In this document: one piece after another, positions 34,300-50,100 of the stretch
Position numbering within the stretch: position 1 is the stretch's first letter
How the letters are laid out: every line of letters starts with the position of its first letter
From: Auanema rhodensis
Taxonomy: Eukaryota; Animalia; Nematoda
Direction of reading: 5' to 3'
Length of the DNA: 64,000 bases
NCBI GenBank assembly: GCA_964057225.1
Contig: OZ059897.1
Span: 2,604,001 to 2,668,000 of the forward strand
Program-made: the position numbers and the translations under genes
The notes under the pieces: generated by a model
Told to the model about the DNA's origin: nothing
Seen by the model: the letters and a program-made list of their open reading frames with translations, nothing else
Database searches by the model: none

Positions 34300-37200
34300 T
34301 AGAGCGTTTCTCAATGTAGTATAGTGCATTCGATGCGGATTTTTAAGCTGCGTTGATCTGTGTTATCAGATTTGCGCTAGCTTAAAAATGCACCGAGTAA
34401 TCAACTGATATAGGTTCACACTTATATCCTCGATTTTCACCCTGAAGAATTAATTTTTTCGTTGAATAACATTGTCCACCGTCTTTGCCTTGAAAAAAGA
34501 AATCTAAAAACTCCTACTTTTTGTGAAATTATTTAGAAATTTTTCCTTGAAAATTTTTGTCACAATGTTTTTGGAAGCAATGTTGAGTGTACATGGGAAC
34601 TCAACATACACTAATGCATTATTTTTCAAACGATCATAACTAATTTTTGTATAGAGCGTTTCTTAATGTAGTATAGTGCATTCGATGCGGATTTTTAAGC
34701 TGCGTTGATCTGTGTTATCAGATTTGAGTTAGCTTAAAAATGCACCGAGATATCAACTGATATATGTTCACACTTATATCCTCGATTTTCACCCTGAAGA
34801 AATGATTTTTTCGTTGAATAACATTGTCCATCGTCTTCGTCTTGAAAAAAGGAATCTAAAAACATCTACTTTTTGTGAAATTATTTAGAAATTTTTCGGG
34901 AAAATTTTTGTCAAAATGTTTTTGGAAGCAATGTTGAGTGTACATGGGAACTCAACATACACTAATGCATTATTTTTCAAACGATCATAACTAATTTTTG
35001 TATAGAGCGTTTCTCATTGTAGTATAGTGCATTCGATGTGGATTTTTAAGCTGCGTTGATCTGTGTTATCAGATTTGAGTTAACTTAAAAATGCACCGAG
35101 ATATCAACTGATATAGGTTCACACATATATCCTCGATTTTCACCCTGAAGAAATGATTTTTTCGTTGAAAAACATTGTCCATCATCTTCGTCTTGAAAAA
35201 AGGAATCTAAAAAGATCTACTTTTTGTGAAATTATTTAGAAATTTTTCGGGAAAATTTTTGTCAAAATGTTTTTGGAAGCAATGTTGAGTGTACATGGGA
35301 ACTCAACATACACTAATGCATTATTTTTCAAACGATCATAACTAATTTTTGTTTAGATTGTTTCTCATTGAAGTATAGTGCATTCGATGCGGATTTTTAA
35401 GCTGCGTTGATCTGTGTTATCAGATTTGAGTTAACTTAAAAATGCACCGAGATATCAACTGATATAGGTTCACACATATATCCTCGATTTTCACCCTGAA
35501 GAAATGATTTTTTCGTTGAAAAACATTGTCCATCATCTTCGTCTTGAAAAAAGGAATCTAAAAAGATCTACTTTTTGTGAAATTATTTAGAAATTTTTCG
35601 GGAAAATTTTTGTCAAAATGTTTTTGGAAGCAATGTTGAGTGTACATGGGAACTCAACATACACTAATGCATTATTTTTCAAACGATCATAACTAATTTT
35701 TGTTTAGATTGTTTCTCATTGAAGTATAGTGCATTCGATGCGGATTTTTAAGCTGCGTTGATCTGTGTTATCAGATTTGAGTTAACTGAAAAATGCACCG
35801 AGATATCAACTGATATAGGTTCACACTTATATCCTCGATTTTCACCCTGAAGAAATGATTTTTTCGTTGAATAACATTGTCCATCGTCTTCGTCTTGAAA
35901 AAAGGAATCTAAAAACATCTACTTTCTGTGAAATTATTTAGAAATTTTTCGGGAAAATTTTTGTCACAATGTTTTTGGAAGCAATGTTGAGTGTACATGG
36001 GAACTCAGCATACACTAATGCATTATTTTTCAAACGATCATAACTAATTTTTGTATAGAGCGTTTCTCAATGTAGTATAGTGCATTCGATGCGGATTTTT
36101 AAGCTGCGTTGATCTGTGTTATCAGATTTGCGCTAGCTTAAAAATGCACCGAGTAATCAACTGATATAGGTTCACACTTATATCCTCGATTTTCACCCTG
36201 AAGAATTAATTTTTTCGTTGAATAACATTGTCCACCGTCTTTGCCTTGAAAAAAGAAATCCAAAAACTCCTACTTTTTGTGAAATTATTTAGAAATTTTT
36301 CCTTGAAAATTTTTGTCACAATGTTTTTGGAAGCAATGTTGAGTGTACATGGGAACTCAACATACACTAATGCATTATTTTTCAAACGATCATAACTAAT
36401 TTTTGTATAGAGCGTTTCTTAATGTAGTATAGTGCATTCGATGCGGATTTTTAAGCTGCGTTGATCTGTGTTATCAGATTTGAGTTAGCTTAAAAATGCA
36501 CCGAGATATCAACTGATATATGTTCACACTTATATCCTCGATTTTCACCCTGAAGAAATGATTTTTTCGTTGAATAACATTGTCCATCGTCTTCGTCTTG
36601 AAAAAAGGAATCTAAAAACATCTACTTTTTGTGAAATTATTTAGAAATTTTTCGGGAAAATTTTTGTCAAAATGTTTTTGGAAGCAATGTTGAGTGTACA
36701 TGGGAACTCAACATACACTAATGCATTATTTTTCAAACGATCATAACTAATTTTTGTATAGAGCGTTTCTCATTGTAGTATAGTGCATTCGATGTGGATT
36801 TTTAAGCTGCGTTGATCTGTGTTATCAGATTTGAGTTAACTTAAAAATGCACCGAGATATCAACTGATATAGGTTCACACATATATCCTCGATTTTCACC
36901 CTGAAGAAATGATTTTTTCGTTGAAAAACATTGTCCATCATCTTCGTCTTGAAAAAAGGAATCTAAAAAGATCTACTTTTTGTGAAATTATTTAGAAATT
37001 TTTCGGGAAAATTTTTGTCAAAATGTTTTTGGAAGCAATGTTGAGTGTACATGGGAACTCAACATACACTAATGCATTATTTTTCAAACGATCATAACTA
37101 ATTTTTGTTTAGATTGTTTCTCATTGAAGTATAGTGCATTCGATGCGGATTTTTAAGCTGCGTTGATCTGTGTTATCAGATTTGAGTTAACTTAAAAATG

Positions 37201-38100
37201 CACCGAGATATCAACTGATATAGGTTCACACATATATCCTCGATTTTCACCCTGAAGAAATGATTTTTTCGTTGAAAAACATTGTCCATCATCTTCGTCT
37301 TGAAAAAAGGAATCTAAAAAGATCTACTTTTTGTGAAATTATTTAGAAATTTTTCGGGAAAATTTTTGTCAAAATGTTTTTGGAAGCAATGTTGAGTGTA
37401 CATGGGAACTCAACATACACTAATGCATTATTTTTCAAACGATCATAACTAATTTTTGTTTAGATTGTTTCTCATTGAAGTATAGTGCATTCGATGCGGA
37501 TTTTTAAGCTGCGTTGATCTGTGTTATCAGATTTGAGTTAACTGAAAAATGCACCGAGATATCAACTGATATAGGTTCACACTTATATCCTCGATTTTCA
37601 CCCTGAAGAAATGATTTTTTCGTTGAATAACATTGTCCATCGTCTTCGTCTTGAAAAAAGGAATCTAAAAACATCTACTTTCTGTGAAATTATTTAGAAA
37701 TTTTTCGGGAAAATTTTTGTCACAATGTTTTTGGAAGCAATGTTGAGTGTACATGGGAACTCAGCATACACTAATGCATTATTTTTCAAACGATCATAAC
37801 TAATTTTTGTATAGAGCGTTTCTCAATGTAGTATAGTGCATTCGATGCGGATTTTTAAGCTGCGTTGATCTGTGTTATCAGATTTGCGCTAGCTTAAAAA
37901 TGCACCGAGTAATCAACTGATATAGGTTCACACTTATATCCTCGATTTTCACCCTGAAGAATTAATTTTTTCGTTGAATAACATTGTCCACCGTCTTTGC
38001 CTTGAAAAAAGAAATCTAAAAACTCCTACTTTTTGTGAAATTATTTAGAAATTTTTCCTTGAAAATTTTTGTCACAATGTTTTTGGAAGCAATGTTGAGT
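34300..38100. repeat. Local 5-monomer higher-order repeat (period 1,756 bp; boundaries approximate)
   Basis: The 352-bp CCTTG variant occurs at 34545, 36301 and 38057. The intervening variant order is the same each time (GATGTGG, CATCATCTTC with AAAGATCTAC twice, TTGAAGTAT). Confidence 0.75.
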
Positions 38101-41100
38101 GTACATGGGAACTCAACATACACTAATGCATTATTTTTCAAACGATCATAACTAATTTTTGTTTAGATTGTTTCTCATTGAAGTATAGTGCATTCGATGC
38201 GGATTTTTAAGCTGCGTTGATCTGTGTTATCAGATTTGAGTTAACTGAAAAATGCACCGAGATATCAACTGATATAGGTTCACACTTATATCCTCGATTT
38301 TCACCCTGAAGAAATGATTTTTTCGTTGAATAACATTGTCCATCGTCTTCGTCTTGAAAAAAGGAATCTAAAAACATCTACTTTCTGTGAAATTATTTAG
38401 AAATTTTTCGGGAAAATTTTTGTCACAATGTTTTTGGAAGCAATGTTGAGTGTACATGGGAACTCAGCATACACTAATGCATTATTTTTCAAACGATCAT
38501 AACTAATTTTTGTATAGAGCGTTTCTCAATGTAGTATAGTGCATTCGATGCGGATTTTTAAGCTGCGTTGATCTGTGTTATCAGATTTGCGCTAGCTTAA
38601 AAATGCACCGAGTAATCAACTGATATAGGTTCACACTTATATCCTCGATTTTCACCCTGAAGAATTAATTTTTTCGTTGAATAACATTGTCCACCGTCTT
38701 TGCCTTGAAAAAAGAAATCTAAAAACTCCTACTTTTTGTGAAATTATTTAGAAATTTTTCCTTGAAAATTTTTGTCACAATGTTTTTGGAAGCAATGTTG
38801 AGTGTACATGGGAACTCAACATACACTAATGCATTATTTTTCAAACGATCATAACTAATTTTTGTATAGAGCGTTTCTCATTGTAGTATAGTGCATTCGA
38901 TGTGGATTTTTAAGCTGCGTTGATCTGTGTTATCAGATTTGAGTTAACTTAAAAATGCACCGAGATATCAACTGATATAGGTTCACACATATATCCTCGA
39001 TTTTCACCCTGAAGAAATGATTTTTTCGTTGAAAAACATTGTCCATCGTCTTCGTCTTGAAAAAAGGAATCTAAAAACATCTACTTTCTGTGAAATTATT
39101 TAGAAATTTTTCGGGAAAATTTTTGTCACAATGTTTTTGGAAGCAATGTTGAGTGTACATGGGAACTCAGCATACACTAATGCATTATTTTTCAAACGAT
39201 CATAACTAATTTTTGTATAGAGCGTTTCTCAATGTAGTATAGTGCATTCGATGCGGATTTTTAAGCTGCGTTGATCTGTGTTATCAGATTTGCGCTAGCT
39301 TAAAAATGCACCGAGTAATCAACTGATATAGGTTCACACTTATATCCTCGATTTTCACCCTGAAGAATTAATTTTTTCGTTGAATAACATTGTCCACCGT
39401 CTTTGCCTTGAAAAAAGAAATCTAAAAACTCCTACTTTTTGTGAAATTATTTAGAAATTTTTCCTTGAAAATTTTTGTCACAATGTTTTTGGAAGCAATG
39501 TTGAGTGTACATGGGAACTCAACATACACTAATGCATTATTTTTCAAACGATCATAACTAATTTTTGTATAGAGCGTTTCTTAATGTAGTATAGTGCATT
39601 CGATGCGGATTTTTAAGCTGCGTTGATCTGTGTTATCAGATTTGAGTTAGCTTAAAAATGCACCGAGATATCAACTGATATATGTTCACACTTATATCCT
39701 CGATTTTCACCCTGAAGAAATGATTTTTTCGTTGAATAACATTGTCCATCGTCTTCGTCTTGAAAAAAGGAATCTAAAAACATCTACTTTTTGTGAAATT
39801 ATTTAGAAATTTTTCGGGAAAATTTTTGTCAAAATGTTTTTGGAAGCAATGTTGAGTGTACATGGGAACTCAACATACACTAATGCATTATTTTTCAAAC
39901 GATCATAACTAATTTTTGTATAGAGCGTTTCTCATTGTAGTATAGTGCATTCGATGTGGATTTTTAAGCTGCGTTGATCTGTGTTATCAGATTTGAGTTA
40001 ACTTAAAAATGCACCGAGATATCAACTGATATAGGTTCACACATATATCCTCGATTTTCACCCTGAAGAAATGATTTTTTCGTTGAAAAACATTGTCCAT
40101 CATCTTCGTCTTGAAAAAAGGAATCTAAAAAGATCTACTTTTTGTGAAATTATTTAGAAATTTTTCGGGAAAATTTTTGTCAAAATGTTTTTGGAAGCAA
40201 TGTTGAGTGTACATGGGAACTCAACATACACTAATGCATTATTTTTCAAACGATCATAACTAATTTTTGTTTAGATTGTTTCTCATTGAAGTATAGTGCA
40301 TTCGATGCGGATTTTTAAGCTGCGTTGATCTGTGTTATCAGATTTGAGTTAACTGAAAAATGCACCGAGATATCAACTGATATAGGTTCACACTTATATC
40401 CTCGATTTTCACCCTGAAGAAATGATTTTTTCGTTGAAAAACATTGTCCATCGTATTCGTCTTGAAAAAAGGTATCTAAAAACATCTACTTTTTGTGAAA
40501 TTATTTAGAAATTTTTCGGGAAAATTTTTGTCAAAATGTTTTTGGAAGCAATGTTGAGTGTACATGAGAACTCAACATACACTAATGCATTATTTTTCAA
40601 ACGATCATAATTAATTTTTGTTTAGATTGTTTCTCATTGTAGTATAGTGCATTCGATGCGGATTTTTAAGCTGCGTTGATCTGTGTTATCAGATTTGAGT
40701 TAACTGAAAAATGCACCGAGATATCAACTGATATAGGTTCACACTTATATCCTCGATTTTCACCCTGAAGAAATGATTTTTTCGTTGAATAACATTGTCC
40801 ATCGTCTTCGTCTTGAAAAAAGGAATCTAAAAACATCTACTTTCTGTGAAATTATTTAGAAATTTTTCGGGAAAATTTTTGTCAAAATGTTTTTGGAAGC
40901 AATGTTGAGTGTACATGGGAACTCAACATACACTAATGCATTATTTTTCAAACGATCATAACTAATTTTTGTATAGAGCGTTTCTCATTGTAGTATAGTG
41001 CATTCGATGTGGATTTTTAAGCTGCGTTGATCTGTGTTATCAGATTTGAGTTAACTTAAAAATGCACCGAGATATCAACTGATATAGGTTCACACATATA

Positions 41101-44100
41101 TCCTCGATTTTCACCCTGAAGAAATGATTTTTTCGTTGAAAAACATTGTCCATCGTCTTCGTCTTGAAAAAAGGAATCTAAAAAGATCTACTTTTTGTGA
41201 AATTATTTAGAAATTTTTCGGGAAAATTTTTGTCAAAATGTTTTTGGAAGCAATGTTGAGTGTACATGGGAACTCAACATACACTAATGCATTATTTTTC
41301 AAACGATCATAACTAATTTTTGTTTAGATTGTTTCTCTTTGAAGTATAGTGCATTCGATGCGGATTTTTAAGCTGCGTTGATCTGTGTTATCAGATTTGA
41401 GTTAACTGAAAAATGCACCGAGATATCAACTGATATAGGTTCACACTTATATCCTCGATTTTCACCCTGAAGAAATGATTTTTTCGTTGAAAAACATTGT
41501 CCATCGTATTCGTCTTGAAAAAAGGAATCTAAAAACATCTACTTTTTGTAAAATTATTTAGAAATTTTTCGGGAAAATTTTTGTCAAAATGTTTTTGGAA
41601 GCAATGTTGAGTGTACATGAGAACTCAACATACACTAATGCATTATTTTTCAAACGATCATAACTAATTTTTGTTTAGATTGTTTCTCATTGTAGTATAG
41701 TGCATTCGATGCGGATTTTTAAGCTGCGTTGATCTGTGTTATCAGATTTGAGTTAACTGAAAAATGCACCGAGATATCAACTGATATAGGTTCACACTTA
41801 TATCCTCGATTTTCACCCTGAAGAAATGATTTTTTCGTTGAATAACATTGTCCATCGTCTTCGTCTTGAAAAAAGGAATCTAAAAACATCTACTTTCTGT
41901 GAAATTATTTAGAAATTTTTCGGGAAAATTTTTGTCAAAATGTTTTTGGAAGCAATGTTGAGTGTACATGGGAACTCAACATACACTAATGCATTATTTT
42001 TCAAACGATCATAACTAATTTTTGTTTAGATTGTTTCTCATTGTAGTATAGTGCATTCGATGCGGATTTTTAAGATGCGTTGATCTGTGTTATCAGATTT
42101 GAGTTAACTGAAAAATGCACCGAGAAATCAACTGATATAGGTTCACACTTATATCCTCGATTTTCACCCTGAAGAAATGATTTTTTCGTTGAATAACATT
42201 GTCCATCGTCTTCGTCTTGAAAAAAGAAATCTAAAAACATCTACTTTCTGTGGAATTATTTAGAAATTTTTCGGGAAAATTTTTGTCACAATGTTTTTGG
42301 AAGCAATGTTGAGTGTACATGGGAACTCAGCATACACTAATGCATTATTTTTCAAACGATCATAACTAATTTTTGTATAGAGCGTTTCTCAATGTAGTAT
42401 AGTGCATTCGATGCGGATTTTTAAGCTGCGTTGATCTGTGTTATCAAATTTGAGTTAGCTTAAAAATGCACCGAAATATCAACTGATATATGTTCACACT
42501 TATATCCTCGATTTTCACCCTGAAGAAATGATTTTTTCGTTGAAAAACATTGTCCATCGTATTCGTCTTGCAAAAAAGGAATCTAAAAACATCTACTTTT
42601 TGTGAAATTATTTAGAAATTTTTCGGGAAAATTTTTGTCAAAATGTTTTTGGAAGCAATGTTGAGTGTACATGGGAACTCAACATACACTAATGCATTAT
42701 TTTTCAAACGATCATAACTAATTTTTGTATAGAGCGTTTCTCATTGTAGTATAGTGCATTCGATGCGGATTTTTAAGCTGCGTTGATCTGTGTTATCAGA
42801 TTTGAGTTAACTTAAAAATGCACCGAGATATCAACTGATATATGTTCACACTTATATCCTCGATTTTCACCCTGAAGAAATGATTTTTTCGTTGAAAAAC
42901 ATTGTCCATCGTATTCGTCTTGAAAAAAGGAATCTAAAAACATCTACTTTTTGTGAAATTATTTAGAAATTTTTCGGGAAAATTTTTGTCAAAATGTTTT
43001 TGGAAGCAATGTTGAGTGTACATGGGAACTCAACATACACTAATGCATTATTTTTCAAACGATCATAACTAATTTTTGTATAGAGCGTTTCTCAATGTAG
43101 TATAGTGCATTCGATGCGGATTTGTAAGCTGCGTTGATCTGTGTTATCAGATTTGAGTTAACTTAAAAATGCACCGAGATATCAACTGATATATGTTCAC
43201 ATTTATATCCTCGATTTTCACCCTGAAGAAATGATTTTTTCGTTGAAAAACATTGTCCATCGTATTCGTCTTGAAAAAAGGAATCTAAAAACATCTACTT
43301 TTTGTAAAATTATTTAGAAATTTTTCGGGAAAATTTTTGTCAAAATGTTTTTGGAAGCAATGTTGAGTGTACATGGGAACTCAGCATACACTAATGCATT
43401 ATTTTTCAAACGATCATAACTAATTTTTGTATAGAGCGTTTCTCAATGTAGTATAGTGCATTCGATGCGGATTTTTAAGCTGCGTTGATCTGTGTTATCA
43501 GATTTGCGCTAGCTTAAAAATGCACCGAGTAATCAACTGATATAGGTTCACACTTATATCCTCGATTTTCACCCTGAAGAATTAATTTTTTCGTTGAATA
43601 ACATTGTCCACCGTCTTTGCCTTGAAAAAAGAAATCTAAAAACTCCTACTTTTTGTGAAATTATTTAGAAATTTTTCCTTGAAAATTTTTGTCACAATGT
43701 TTTTGGAAGCAATGTTGAGTGTACATGGGAACTCAACATACACTAATGCATTATTTTTCAAACGATCATAACTAATTTTTGTATAGAGCGTTTCTTAATG
43801 TAGTATAGTGCATTCGATGCGGATTTTTAAGCTGCGTTGATCTGTGTTATCAGATTTGAGTTAGCTTAAAAATGCACCGAGATATCAACTGATATATGTT
43901 CACACTTATATCCTCGATTTTCACCCTGAAGAAATGATTTTTTCGTTGAATAACATTGTCCATCGTCTTCGTCTTGAAAAAAGGAATCTAAAAACATCTA
44001 CTTTTTGTGAAATTATTTAGAAATTTTTCGGGAAAATTTTTGTCAAAATGTTTTTGGAAGCAATGTTGAGTGTACATGGGAACTCAACATACACTAATGC

Positions 44101-47100
44101 ATTATTTTTCAAACGATCATAACTAATTTTTGTATAGAGCGTTTCTCATTGTAGTATAGTGCATTCGATGTGGATTTTTAAGCTGCGTTGATCTGTGTTA
44201 TCAGATTTGAGTTAACTTAAAAATGCACCGAGATATCAACTGATATAGGTTCACACATATATCCTCGATTTTCACCCTGAAGAAATGATTTTTTCGTTGA
44301 AAAACATTGTCCATCATCTTCGTCTTGAAAAAAGGAATCTAAAAAGATCTACTTTTTGTGAAATTAGTTAGAAATTTTTCGGGAAAATTTTTGTCAAAAT
44401 GTTTTTGGAAGCAATGTTGAGTGTACATGGGAACTCAACATACACTAATGCATTATTTTTCAAACGATCATAACTAATTTTTGTTTAGATTGTTTCTCAT
44501 TGAAGTATAGTGCATTCGATGCGGATTTTTAAGCTGCGTTGATCTGTGTTATCAGATTTGAGTTAACTGAAAAATGCACCGAGATATCAACTGATATAGG
44601 TTCACACTTATATCCTCGATTTTCACCCTGAAGAAATGATTTTTTCGTTGAATAACATTGTCCATCGTCTTTGTCTTGAAAAAAGGAATCTAAAAACATC
44701 TACTTTCTGTGAAATTATTTAGAAATTTTTCGGGAAAATTTTTGTCAAAATGTTTTTGGAAGCAATGTTGAGTGTACATGGGAACTCAACATACACTAAT
44801 GCATTATTTTTCAAACGATCATAACTAATTTTTGTATAAAGCGTTTCTCATTGTAGTATAGTGCATTCGATGTGGATTTTTAAGCTGCGTTGATCTGTGT
44901 TATCAGATTTGAGTTAACTTAAAAATGCACCGAGATATCAACTGATATAGGTTCACACATATATCCTCGATTTTCACCCTGAAGAAATGATTTTTTCGTT
45001 GAAAAACATTGTCCATCGTCTTTGTCTTGAAAAAAGGAATCTAAAAAGATCTACTTTTTGTGAAATTATTTAGAAATTTTTCGGGAAAATTTTTGTCAAA
45101 ATGTTTTTGGAAGCAATGTTGAGTGTACATGGGAACTCAACATACACTAATGCATTATTTTTCAAACGATCATAACTAATTTTTGTTTAGATTGTTTCTC
45201 ATTGAAGTATAGTGCATTCGATGCGGATTTTTAAGCTGCGTTGATCTGTGTTATCAGATTTGAGTTAACTGAAAAATGCACCGAGATATCAACTGATATA
45301 GGTTCACACTTATATCCTCGATTTTCACCCTGAAGAAATGATTTTTTCGTTGAAAAACATTGTCCATCGTATTCGTCTTGAAAAAAGGAATCTAAAAACA
45401 TCTACTTTTTGTAAAATTATTTAGAAATTTTTCGGGAAAATTTTTGTCAAAATGTTTTTGGAAGCAATGTTGAGTGTACATGAGAACTCAACATACACTA
45501 ATGCATTATTTTTCAAACGATCATAACTAATTTTTGTTTAGATTGTTTCTCATTGTAGTATAGTGCATTCGATGCGGATTTTTAAGCTGCGTTGATCTGT
45601 GTTATCAGATTTGAGTTAACTGAAAAATGCACCGAGATATCAACTGATATAGGTTCACACTTATATCCTCGATTTTCACCCTGAAGAAATGATTTTTTCG
45701 TTGAATAACATTGTCCATCGTCTTCGTCTTGAAAAAAGGAATCTAAAAACATCTACTTTCTGTGAAATTATTTAGAAATTTTTCGGGAAAATTTTTGTCA
45801 AAATGTTTTTGGAAGCAATGTTGAGTGTACATGGGAACTCAACATACACTAATGCATTATTTTTCAAACGATCATAACTAATTTTTGTTTAGATTGTTTT
45901 TCATTGTAGTATAGTGCATTCGATGCGGATTTTTAAGATGCGTTGATCTGTGTTATCAGATTTGAGTTAACTGAAAAATGCACCGAGAAATCAACTGATA
46001 TAGGTTCACACTTATATCCTCGATTTTCACCCTGAAGAAATGATTTTTTCGTTGAATAACATTGTCCATCGTCTTCGTCTTGAAAAAAGAAATCTAAAAA
46101 CATCTACTTTCTGTGGAATTATTTAGAAATTTTTCGGGAAAATTTTTGTCACAATGTTTTTGGAAGCAATGTTGAGTGTACATGGGAACTCAGCATACAC
46201 TAATGCATTATTTTTCAAACGATCATAACTAATTTTTGTATAGAGCGTTTCTCAATGTAGTATAGTGCATTCGATGCGGATTTTTAAGCTGCGTTGATCT
46301 GTGTTATCAAATTTGAGTTAGCTTAAAAATGCACCGAAATATCAACTGATATATGTTCACACTTATATCCTCGATTTTCACCCTGAAGAAATGATTTTTT
46401 CGTTGAAAAACATTGTCCATCGTATTCGTCTTGCAAAAAAGGAATCTAAAAACATCTACTTTTTGTGAAATTATTTAGAAATTTTTCGGGAAAATTTTTG
46501 TCAAAATGTTTTTGGAAGCAATGTTGAGTGTACATGGGAACTCAACATACACTAATGCATTATTTTTCAAACGATCATAACTAATTTTTGTATAGAGCGT
46601 TTCTCATTGTAGTATAGTGCATTCGATGCGGATTTTTAAGCTGCGTTGATCTGTGTTATCAGATTTGAGTTAACTTAAAAATGCACCGAGATATCAACTG
46701 ATATATGTTCACACTTATATCCTCGATTTTCACCCTGAAGAAATGATTTTTTCGTTGAAAAACATTGTCCATCGTATTCGTCTTGAAAAAAGGAATCTAA
46801 AAACATCTACTTTTCGTGAAATTATTTAGAAATTTTTCGGGAAAATTTTTGTCAAAATGTTTTTGGAAGCAATGTTGAGTGTACATGGGAACTCAACATA
46901 CACTAATGCATTATTTTTCAAACGATCATAACTAATTTTTGTATAGAGCGTTTCTCAATGTAGTATAGTGCATTCGATGCGGATTTGTAAGCTGCGTTGA
47001 TCTGTGTTATCAGATTTGAGTTAACTTAAAAATGCACCGAGATATCAACTGATATATGTTCACATTTATATCCTCGATTTTCACCCTGAAGAAATGATTT

Positions 47101-50100
47101 TTTCGTTGAAAAACATTGTCCATCGTATTCGTCTTGAAAAAAGGAATCTAAAAACATCTACTTTTTGTGAAATTATTTAGAAATTTTTCGGGAAAATTTT
47201 TGTCAAAATGTTTTTGGAAGCAATGTTGAGTGTACATGGGAACTCAACATACACTAATGCATTATTTTTCAAACGATCATAACTAATTTTTGTATAGAGC
47301 GTTTCTCATTGTAGTATAGTGCATTCGATGCGGATTTTTAAGCTGCGTTGATCTGTGTTGTCAGATTTGAGTTAACTTAAAAATGCACCGAGATATCAAC
47401 TGATATATGTTCACACTTATATCCTCGATTTTCACCCTGAAGAAATGATTTTTTCGTTGAAAAACATTGTCCATCGTATTCGTCTTGAAAAAAGGAATCT
47501 AAAAACATCTACTTTTTGTGAAATTATTTAGAAATTTTTCGGGAAAATTTTTGTCAAAATGTTTTTGGAAGCAATGTTGAGTGTACATGGGAACTCAACA
47601 TACACTAATGCATTATTTTTCAAACGATCATAACTAATTTTTGTATAGAGCGTTTCTCAATGTAGTATAGTGCATTCGATGCGGATTTGTAAGCTGCGTT
47701 GATCTGTGTTATCAGATTTGAGTTAACTTTAAAATGCACCGAGATATCAACTGATATATGTTCACACTTATATCCTCGATTTTCACCCTGAAGAAATGAT
47801 TTTTTCGTTGAAAAACATTGTCCATCGTATTCGTCTTGAAAAAAGGAATCTAAAAACATCTACTTTTTGTGAAATTATTTAGAAATTTTTCGGGAAAATT
47901 TTTGTCAAAATGTTTTTGGAAGCAATGTTGAGTGTACATGGGAACTCAACATACACTAATGCATTATTTTTCAAACGATCATAACTAATTTTTGTATAGA
48001 GCGTTTCTCAATGTAGTATAGTGCATTCGATGCGGATTTTTAAGCTGCGTTGATCTGTGTTATCTGATTTGAGTTAACTTAAAAATGCACCGAGATATCA
48101 ACTGATATAGGTTCACACATATATCCTCGATTTTCACCCTGAAGAAATGATTTTTTCGTTGAAAAACATTGTCCATCGTCTTCGTCTTGAAAAAAGGAAT
48201 CTAAAAACATCTACTTTTTGTGAAATTATTCAGAAATTTTTCGGGAAAATTTTTGTCAAAATGTTTTTGGAAGCAATGTTGAGTGTACATGGGAACTCAA
48301 CATACACTAATGCATTATTTTTCAAACGATCATAACTAATTTTTGTTTAGATTGTTTCTCATTGTAGTATAGTGCATTCGATGCGGATTTTTAAGATGCG
48401 TTGATCTGTGTTATCAGATTTGAGTTAACTGAAAAATGCACCGAGATATCAACTGATATAGGTTCACACTTATATCCTCGATTTTCACCCTGAAGAAATG
48501 ATTTTTTCGTTGAATAACATTGTCCATCGTCTTCGTCTTGAAAAAAGGAATCTAAAAACATCTACTTTCTGTGAAATTAAATAGAAATTTTTCGGGAAAA
48601 TTTTTGTCAAAATGTTTTTGGAAGCAATGTTGAGTGTACATGGGAACTCAACATACACTAATGCATTATTTTTCAAACGATCATAACTAATTTTTGTATA
48701 GAGCGTTTCTCATTGTAGTATAGTGCATTCGATGCGGATTTTTAAGCTGCGTTGATCTGTGTTATCAGATTTGAGTTAACTTAAAAATGCACCGAGTAAT
48801 CAACTGATATAGGTTCACACTTATATCCTCGATTTTCACCCTGAAGAATTAATTTTTTCGTTGAATAACATTGTCCATCGTCTTTGCCTTGAAAAAAGAA
48901 ATCTGAATACTCCTACTTTTTGTGAAATTCTTTAGAAATTTTTCGGGAAAATTTTTGTCACAATGTTTTTGGAAGCAATGTTGAGTGTACATGGGAACTC
49001 AGCATACACTAATGCATTATTTTTCAAACGATCATAACTAATTTTTGTATAGAGCGTTTCTCATTGTAGTATAGTGCATTCGATGCGGATTTTTAAGATG
49101 CGTTGATCTGTGTTATCAGATTTGAGTTAACTGAAAAATGCACCGAGATATCAACTGATATATGTTCACACTTATATCCTCGATTTTCACCCTGAAGAAA
49201 GGATTTTTTCGTTGAATAACATTGTCCATCGTCTTCGTCTTGAAAAAAGGAATCTAAAAACATCTACTTTCTGTGAAATTATTTAGAAATTTTTCGGGAA
49301 AATTTTTGTCAAAATGTTTTTGGAAGCAATGTTGAGTGTACATGGGAACTCAACATACACTAATGCATTATTTTTCAAACGATCATAACTAATTTTTGTT
49401 TAGATTGTTTCTCATTGTAGTATAGTGCATTCGATGCGGATTTTTAAGATGCGTTGATCTGTGTTATCAGATTTGAGTTAACTGAAAAATGCACCGAGAT
49501 ATCAACTGATATAGGTTCACACTTATATCCTCGATTTTCACCCTGAAGAAATGATTTTTTCGTTGAATAACATTGTCCATCGTCTTCGTCTTGAAAAAAG
49601 AAATCTAAAAACATCTACTTTCTGTGGAATTATTTAGAAATTTTTCGGGAAAATTTTTGTCACAATGTTTTTGGAAGCAATGTTGAGTGTACATGGGAAC
49701 TCAGCATACACTAATGCATTATTTTTCAAACGATCATAACTAATTTTTGTATAGAGCGTTTCTCAATGTAGTATAGTGCATTCGATGCGGATTTTTAAGC
49801 TGCGTTGATCTGTGTTATCAAATTTGAGTTAGCTTAAAAATGCACCGAAATATCAACTGATATATGTTCACACTTATATCCTCGATTTTCACCCTGAAGA
49901 AATGATTTTTTCGTTGAAAAACATTGTCCATCGTATTCGTCTTGCAAAAAAAGAATCTAAAAACATCTACTTTTTGTGAAATTATTTAGAAATTTTTCGG
50001 GAAAATTTTTGTCAAAATGTTTTTGGAAGCAATGTTGAGTGTACATGGGAACTCAACATACACTAATGCATTATTTTTCAAACGATCATAACTAATTTTT